NCBI GenBank assembly: GCA_965219575.1
Contig: OZ244779.1
Location: forward strand, 1,708,769-1,772,768
Direction: 5' to 3'
Source: Candidatus Oxydemutatoraceae bacterium
GTDB lineage: Bacteria; Pseudomonadota; Gammaproteobacteria; Poriferisulfidales; Oxydemutatoraceae
Length of the DNA stretch: 64,000 bases
In this document: piece by piece, positions 15,001 to 24,000 of the stretch
Layout of the letters: every line of letters starts with the position of its first letter
How positions within the stretch are numbered: the first letter of the stretch is position 1
Translations under genes and position numbers: made by a program
Notes under the pieces: generated by a model
Told to the model about the DNA's origin: nothing
Database searches by the model: none
Seen by the model: only the letters and a program-made list of their open reading frames with translations

Positions 15001-18000
15001 ACATTGACTGCAATGCCGGTAGCGACTGCACCCGTTGCATAACTATCCGTAATATTTGTACCGGGAGTATCTAACCTTCCCGCAAAACCACCTATGGATG
15101 AATTAATACTAGAAGAGATTTCTTTGACATTGCCGGTTGCATAGCTATTTCTGATAGAAGCATCAAATAAATTGCTAGTATCTACTCCGATCAAGCCACC
15201 AATACTAAATTGACCCTCAACGGTGCCGGTCGCATAACTGTTCAAAATGGAACCGCGATTCTCTCCGACCAATCCTCCGATTCTACCTATACCTACAACA
15301 TTGACGGCAGCGTGACTGTTGATGATTGAACCATGTATAGTGACACCCGTATTAGAATCAAAACTGGCTAAGTTTTGACCGACCAAACCACCAACCTCTC
15401 TATTTGCCGAAACCTCGCCGACCGCATAGCAACCGATGATATCACCTCGATTCAACCCTGCCAGTGCACCAATAACCCGAGGACCGTTTTTTATTTCTAC
15501 ATCGAGCAAACCGAGGTTACGGACAACACCTCCGCTTGGGATAATAGCAAACAGACCGATATTATCAGCATTTCTGTTTATCTGTAAATTGGCTATCACG
15601 AAGCCGTTGCCGTCGAAGCTACCGTTGAAATTGTTTATCGGCTGCCAGCCGAGATCACCGGCATCGTCGAAATTGTCCACCGTCCACGCGGCTTTATTCG
15701 TCTCGGCATTTTCGTAGCTGTCGTCGTCTAGAAAATCCAGACTTCGGGTCAATAGATAGCTCGCACTCGGGTTGTTGCGTATTCTATTCAAATCTTCCAG
15801 CGAGTCTATTTCTATGACGGGGTCGGGTTCTTCGGGGTCGGCGGTGCGCAGATAGAGCGGATACTCTATCGTATCGGGATAGGCGGATGTATCGATCGCA
15901 ACGACGATATGATTGACGCCCGCAGACAGCACGATCGGCGCGCTGGTGTCGCCGCTGGCTATCGCACTGCCGATTGCCGTTCTGCCGTCGGCAGTGATGC
16001 GATAGAGGGTGATATCGGCAGGCGTGGTCTGTGCGGTCGGGATGATGCGCACCTGCGTCTCGATAGTGATGCCGGTATAGCTACCGCTACCCTGCGGCGG
16101 GGCAACGAAGGCGGGGTTCAACGCACCGCTTGCCAGACGCAGGTTGCGCAGACCGTAGCGGAGTTGGGGTGCTACGACATCGCCGCAGCGAGGCAACCCG
16201 GTGCCGTCGCATGCCAGCGGCACACCGGTGCCGGTGGATTGGGCATATTTGAGTATCGGGTATTGCATGTTATTGCCGAAATCCCAGTTGTCGGGACTCC
16301 ATAGATAATATGTGCCATTTTGATTGTTGCTTTGTGCAACCCCGGCGCGCAGTTGTGCTGCCGAGCGACCTTTTAAGGTAGTATAGAGAGCCAATACGAC
16401 GCTTAAGGAGGAGCCATCGTCGGTATTCCAATAATTCTCCGCACCACTAAAGGAAGGAGCCCCAATAACAACAACGCTTCTTTGACCGGAAAAAGTAAAA
16501 CGCGCTTGTCCGACAGAGTAGTTGGCATTGAGTGTTATTTCAGGTCCAGAAGCGTCTAATTCACCGGCAAATCCTCCACTAGAGGCTCGGTTTGTATTCG
16601 TACCCGTAACATTCGTATTACCCCACGCATAGTTGTTGACAAAGTTAAATCCACCGGAAGTTGACATGCCACCGACAAAACCACCGATGGTATTGTCGCC
16701 GGATACCATCCCGACCGCAAAGCTGTTCCTTGCCGTGCAGCTCGTGCAGTATCCGATCAAGCCACCGACATTCCCTCCGCTTGCCGATACCGCAACATTG
16801 GCATGGCTGTTGAGCATCGCACCGCTGCCGTCGACACCTCCACCGACGATGCCACCGATGGCATTGCCGACCAAACCACCGACATTGGCAACGGCGGATA
16901 CCTCACCCGATGTATGACTGTTGATGATATGGCCGCGATGCTCACCGACCAAACCGCCGACATCGGTGCCGCTATCGAAAATCACCACGCCCCGTGCGGC
17001 ACTCCCGATAACGGTGCCGGCGTTTGTGCCTGCCAACGCACCGACATCATCGCTGCCGTCTATTTGCGCACCGGTCAAACCGAGGTCGCGGACGATGCCG
17101 CCGCTACCGATCACACCGAACAGACCTTGATTTTGCTCTTCGCGGTTGATTTGCAGGTTGAATATCGTATTGCCGTTGCCGTCGAAGGTGCCGGTGAACG
17201 GGGTGCCGTCGCTACCGATGGGCTCCCAACCTTCATCGAGCGCGTCGTCGAAGTCGGCTACCGTCCAGTCGGCATTGACGAACCCGATGCGATAGCTTGC
17301 CGGGTCCAGAAAATCTAGATCCCTGATCAAGCGATAACTACCACTCAAATCACCGCGTATATTGTTAAGATCTTCTATATAGTTGATCTCGGCTCTCGGT
17401 GTTAGGTCTAAATAGAGGAATTCCAGCGTATATCTCAATATCGGGATGTCGGGTAGACGCGGGTCAACCTCAACGACGATGCGGTTGGCACCGAGTTCTA
17501 AAGTGATCGGCTCCGATTTGCTACCGCTTGCCACATCCGCTTGCAGTAGTATCTCGTCGTCGCCGCTATAGATAGAGACGACACCGTTGCCCCTGATCGT
17601 CGGAGTCAGCGATACGGTGTTGCTCGGGGTGGTACTGATTGCCCTGCCGAAATAGCCGAGCAACTCGGGGACGAAAGGTGGATCCAAATTCGCACCATCC
17701 ACCGCAAGCGCACTCAAGCCGTAGAGTCGCTGCGGCAATATTAAGCCCCCGCAATCGGGGGCGCCGGCTACATCACAAACATTGCCGAACGGACCTGCGC
17801 TATATTTAAGTCTCGGATACTCGCTTTCGCTACCGAAATCCCATATCTCGTCGCTCCAGTTCTCGTAAAGACCGACGGCAGCGGTCGGCATTTGCAGTTG
17901 CACCGTGGTCCTGCCCCGATCTCCGACGGCATTCATCCCGCTATCCCAGTAGCTGTCGTTAAAAATTAACGGAGGGAAACCGCTCGCCCTGGAAGATATT

Positions 18001-21000
18001 TGATCACCGAGCAGATCTACGCCGGCCGGTGCCGAACCGGTTGCATAACTATTCTCTATCACGCCGCCGTTAACCAGACCGAGCAGCTTGCCTTCGGCAC
18101 CAATTCTACAGCTTTCGGTGGACGATGCTAAAGTGGCATCGGCATAGCTGTTTTTAATCGTGCTCGACGGACCGAATTGATTGCCGACCAAACCGCCGAC
18201 ATGACAATATCCGGCGACGGTCGTCGCTTGCACAAAACTATTGTAGATCTCTGCATAAAAATTTCTGCCGACCAAGCCACCGATGTGGTGGGTGGCGTTT
18301 GCCACCGCCGGGTTGACCCGTATCTCGGAATCTACTACGAAACTGTTGCCGATGTAGGCGATGTCGTTGGAACCAAGACCGTTTCTGCCGACCAAACCGC
18401 CGATATAATTATGATTACCTCCTCCTCTAGTATTACCGACCCCTTCTACGATACTTGCTATTACGCCGCTGTTCAATACCAAACCTCTGTTGTGACCGAC
18501 CAGCGCAGCGACCTGTACGGCAGCGGAATTGGAAGCTCTAACATCGGCATCGTTGAGGATTAGATTTTTAACCGTTCCCCGCACCCCGATTGTTCCGAAC
18601 AGACCGACCGCACTCGTGCCGGCATCACCCACTTTGACCTGTAAGTTGGATATCGCAAAACCGTTGCCGTCGAAGGTGCCGGTGAAATTATCTATCGGTT
18701 GCCAGCCGTCGTCGCCGGCAGCACCGAAATCGTTCACCGTCCAATCGCTGTTGACCCGCCTCGTGCGATAGCTTAAGGCATCCTCAAAATCCAGATTTCC
18801 GGTTAATCTGTAGGTGCCGGTCGGGTTGTTGCGTAACGCATCGAGGTCTTCCAGAGTGTTGATCTCTATCGGTGTTCGCGGCACACGATAGCTTAAACGG
18901 AAGTTGTATCGACGTTTGCGTGCCGAAGGATCCGACGGGGTGAGTTCGACGACGATGTGGTTTTCACCGTCCTGCAGAGTGATTTCTCCGCTCAACTCGC
19001 CGCCGCCGAACTCGGAAACCAACGCCGTGTTATCCTCGCCACGCAAGACAAGAAACCGCGCACCGGCATCCTCCGACCCGACGATCAATCGGATGATGTT
19101 GTCGGCACCGACACCGACGACATGCGTTCGGTAATCGCTCAACCTACCGTCAAAGTTTAGGCGCGGTGAAAATCTACCGGGAAATACGCTTAATTCGTTC
19201 AGATCATAGCTCGGTTTCGGTGCTATCAGACTGCCGCAGACCGGCAAGCCGTCGCCGCCGGCATCGCTACAAGTGCGCCGACCGCTACTATCGGGGTTTC
19301 GGGCATATCTGAGGCGCGGATATTGCCGATTGGTGCCGAAATCCCAGTTGTCGGTACTCCAGCCGGTATAGCGGGTAGGGCTCGGTGCGGTCGGCGATTG
19401 CATCTGTTGTGTATTGAGACCGCTACCTCTTGCGCTATTGCTTAGACCGCTGGTTTGTGTATCCCAATAGCTGTTTTGAACGCGACCATCGGTGTTGCTG
19501 TTTCCCAAGAAACCCCCTATATTTGACCCGCTTGCGGATACACTGCCTATGGAGTAACTATCGGCAATTAATACATTTGCGTTGTTAGGTTGCACTAGAT
19601 TGCCGATGAAACCACCCACTTGGTTTCTGCCGCTAACCGAACCGCTTGCATAGCTATTCCTAATGACGGTATTGTTTAATTTTTCACCTACAAAACCCCC
19701 GATAGCCCTAGTGCCGTCGGTAGTGCCCATCACATTACCGGTTGCATAACTATTTCTGATTTCACCCCTTCTTTGCACACCGACGAAACCACCGGCAAAA
19801 CCGACTGCCGAAATGTTGCCGGTCGCATAACTGTTGATAATCAAATTGGGAGTATTTTCTTCGGCAACACCGACCAACCCCCCGACTGCCTCGTTTCCGT
19901 TGACATCGACGCCGGCGTAGCTGTTGATAATCCAGCCCGAAGCTAGATGCGCACCGACCAAACCGCCGATGTTATTGCCTCCATCGATCCTGCCGGTTGC
20001 ATAACTGCCGATGATGACACCTCGGTTCGCACTTGCCAGCGCGCCGCTATAATTACCGCTACCGGCATCTATTCTGACATCGGTCAAACCGAGGTTGCGC
20101 ACGGTACCGGTGATACTACCGAACAGACTTTGATTACCGGCATTTCTATTGATTTGCAAATTGGATATTACGAAGCCGTTGCCGTCGAAAATACCGGAGA
20201 ATCGGTTTCTATCATTACCTATGGATTGCCAGCCGAAGTCGGTTTGATCGTCAAAGTCCATCGGCCTCGTCCACCATAAAGGCCGGTTTGTTGCCGCATC
20301 TTCATAACTGGCATTATTGCCGAAGTCCAGATCTCTGAGCAGGCAATAGCTACCGTCTCGGCGGTTGCGTATGTTGTTAAGGTCTTCCAAAGTGTTGATC
20401 GGCGTGAAATTGCTCAACTCCGAACACTCTCTCGTTTCAACGACATCAGGGACGACGACACGGTTGAGAATAATGGACTGGCGCACCGTTTGAACACTCC
20501 TGACTTCTATTACGAGGTGGCGCATCGGTGCGCCGGCAGTCAGAGTCAATGCCATGCTGGGTTCGCCGCTGGCCAGACCGGATTGCAATAGAGTACCGTT
20601 TGCGTCGTAGATATCGATGTCGGCATTGTCCTCGAAGGCGGTGGCAATCAGGCGAATCTCGGAAACCGACGCCGATACCCGGATGTTGCCTAAATAACTG
20701 CCACCGGTGAACGCCGGCGATAGGGTGCCGTTGACTGCCGTTAAAAACCGCAAGCCACGCCGCAATTCGGGAGAGATCAAGGTGCCACATTCGGGGGTGT
20801 CCGGCGTGCCGCACGCCGGTTGACCGGTGAGGTCGGGGTTCGGTGCATGTTTGAGGACCGGGTATTGGGCATCGCTACCGAAGTCCCAATCGTCGGGATT
20901 CCAACCGAAATACACTCCGTCGGTGTTACTATACTGTGCAATGCCGGTCCGTAGCTCTGCCGTTGTTTTGCCGCTGCCGCCGGCCGAAGTTGACACACCG

Positions 21001-24000
21001 CCGGCGATTGTATCCCAGTAGCTCGCGTCAACGGTAGAAGGTGCTACAAGCCGCCCGATTAATCCCCCGAGTGGAGAATTAATGCGGGAACGCGCAGGTC
21101 TCACCACCCTAACCGTTGCGTAGCTGTTGCTTACGCTACTGTTTCGTCGCTGAAAACCGACCAACCCACCGACAGAGGCACCGATGTTATCGGGATTATT
21201 GAGGGAACCTTGTGCATAACTATTGACGACTTCACTACTATTCTCTAAACTCCCCACCAATGTTCCCGCATTATTATCACTATTGTTTGTGGTGACATCG
21301 GCAACCGCATAACTATTGATAATCCTAGAGGCTTGTACATGACCGACCAACCCGGCAACATGAGGCATGCCGCTGGTAATTCTACCGGTGGCATAGCTGT
21401 TGATAATCAGACCATTCTGCGACATCCGCCCGACCAAAATAGCGGAAGCACCGAGTCCACTAGAAATGTTCGAGGAGCGGACTATATCCATGAACGCACC
21501 GCTGTTGATAATCTCTCCGCCTAAGTTCTCGGCAACCAAACCGCCTATTAGATTACTTGCCGTGCCGGCGGCGGTTATTTCACCCTGCACATAGCAATTA
21601 ACGACCGCGCCGCTATTGATTACCGCTAGAGCGGAGAGTCTTTGACTAATCGACGGCGATCCCGCTATCTCTAGACCTGCTATGCGGAGGTTGCGTATCA
21701 CACCCGAGTTGGCGGAGAATAAACCCTTGTCACCGGTTGCCGCATTATTCATTTGTAAATTGTGGAGCGTGTTGCGGTTGCCTTCGAAAGTGCCGGTGAA
21801 CGGAGTGCTACGATCTCCTATCGCGATCCAGCCGACATCGTCGGACGCAGTAAAGTCGGATACCGTCCATAACGCTCTGTTAAGATGCCGGTTGCGATAG
21901 CTGTCGTTGTCTTCGAAATCCAAGTCTCTCATCAGTTCGTAGCCGAAGCAACCGCTGTCGGGACACCCGCCGGTCACCTCGCTTGTCGCCGTGCTTTCCC
22001 TATAACCGCTACCGGATAGCTCGTAGCGGATTGCGTTCAACGCTTCCAAATCGTAAAGCTCTATCAGACCGTCGTGATCTTTATCTACGATCGCAGTCGG
22101 TGTCTGCGCTGTTAGGGTGTTATCGTAGCCTTGCCGGTCTATATAGTATATTTGCAGGCGGTAGCGCACATTGCCTAATTCGTGGGTGGTCGTATCGAAT
22201 GTCGCATCGGTCGCGCCGTCTATGCCGATCCAGCTATCCGCTTCACCGGTTTCGCTGAATTGCCATTGGTATAGCCGACCTTGTTCGGCAATCGAGCCGA
22301 CACCGTCGGCATCCGCGGCGATGACTTCCTCAAAACCCGGCGAGTGCAATAACGAAGTGCCGTTCACGAAGGCTAGAGGTGCCAAAACCGGACTGCCGTT
22401 ATCCACTTTGGCGACGACGAGCTGCTCGGAGCCTACACCGCGATTGCCGAAGCGACCGTCGCTTAGCTCCACACGCAGTGTTGCAATACGCCCGGTTTCG
22501 GTTATTGATGCCACGAAATCGCCGGCTATTGTTAGATCGAAGTCGGGTTGGTTTATGGTGATGCCGGTGTCTAGACCGTCCATCAACAGCGGCATTTGCG
22601 GTGCGGTTTGTCTCCACATGTAAGATAAGGGAACGCGCGCATCGGTGTTGCTTGCCACATTCAAACGTACCGTTTGACCTTCTCGCACCTGCCTGTTGCT
22701 CGGATCTACCGTCACGCTCACAGCGAGACTGCGGAGGATTTGCACACTATAATTTCGGGCAACGATTAGCTTGGTCGCGGCAGGTGTCGCATCGAGGTTA
22801 ATCGATAGATCGTTATCGCTACCGGTGACCGTAATTGGGTTGGCTTCGTCGCCGACTTTTAAGACCGTGAATGTAGCATCGCCATCGCTTGCGGCAACAT
22901 CCAAGCTAATCGCAGCCGGGTTGTCGCCTACCACCACATAGTAGTTGTTAATCTCGGGGTCGAACTCGGGAACCAATGTGAAGCCACCGTTGACCGCTAG
23001 GGTGGCTATGCGAACGAATTGTTGCCTTAGGGCAATGCCGTCGGCATCGCGCAGTATCGGGTATTCGGTGGTGGAACCGAAATTCCAGTCGTTGCGACTC
23101 CACAGATAAAAAGCATCGGATACATTCTCGCCGTCTGCAACCGCTGCCTTGAGATCGGCAATACCGCGACCACCGTCGCTCGTCGTGATGCCGGCTTCGG
23201 TGGTATCCCAATAGCTACGCACTACGCTGCCCGAATTAATACCGACCAAGCCACCGACATCGTCGCCGCTGCCGATCACTCGCCTCACTCGCCCGGCAGC
23301 ATAAGCGGTGCGAACCTCGCCGCTGTTCTCGCCGACCAAACCGCCGACGCGATCGGCACCGACGACCGAACTCGACGCATAGCACAGTTCCACCGTGCCA
23401 CCGTTCCTACCGACCAAACCGCCGACTCTATCGACACCGGAAACCTGCGGGTTGACGGCATAGCTACTGCGTATCATTCCATTGTCGGCTCTGCCGACCA
23501 AACCACCGACATCGTTGACATCGTTGTCTATGCCGGGGTCGTCGCTGTTGTCTCCTACGACCGAACCTGTCGCATAGCCGAACATAATACTGCCGCCGAA
23601 CAAATAACCGACCAGACCACCGACGCCGAAACCGCTACCTCGTATATCGCCGGTCGCATAGCTGTTTTCAATTCGGCTGTTCTCGGCACTGCCGACCAAA
23701 CCACCGACATTCGAAACACCTGTTACATTTGCAAGTGCATAACTGTCGTTGATCGTGCCTTCGTTATTCATCCCGATCAAACCACCGACCGCAGTGTTGC
23801 CGACGACCACGCCGCTCGTGAAACTATTGATGATGACACTCCCGGTTTGGTCTACAGTACCGATCAACCCGCCGACATTGTCGCTACCGTCGATGCCGAT
23901 TTCGGTTGCCGAACAGTCGGCTAGGCGCTCGCTCGCATAAAAACCGATTAAACCACCGACATGTGTATTGCCGGAAACCTCCATATCGTTTGTCGTGCTG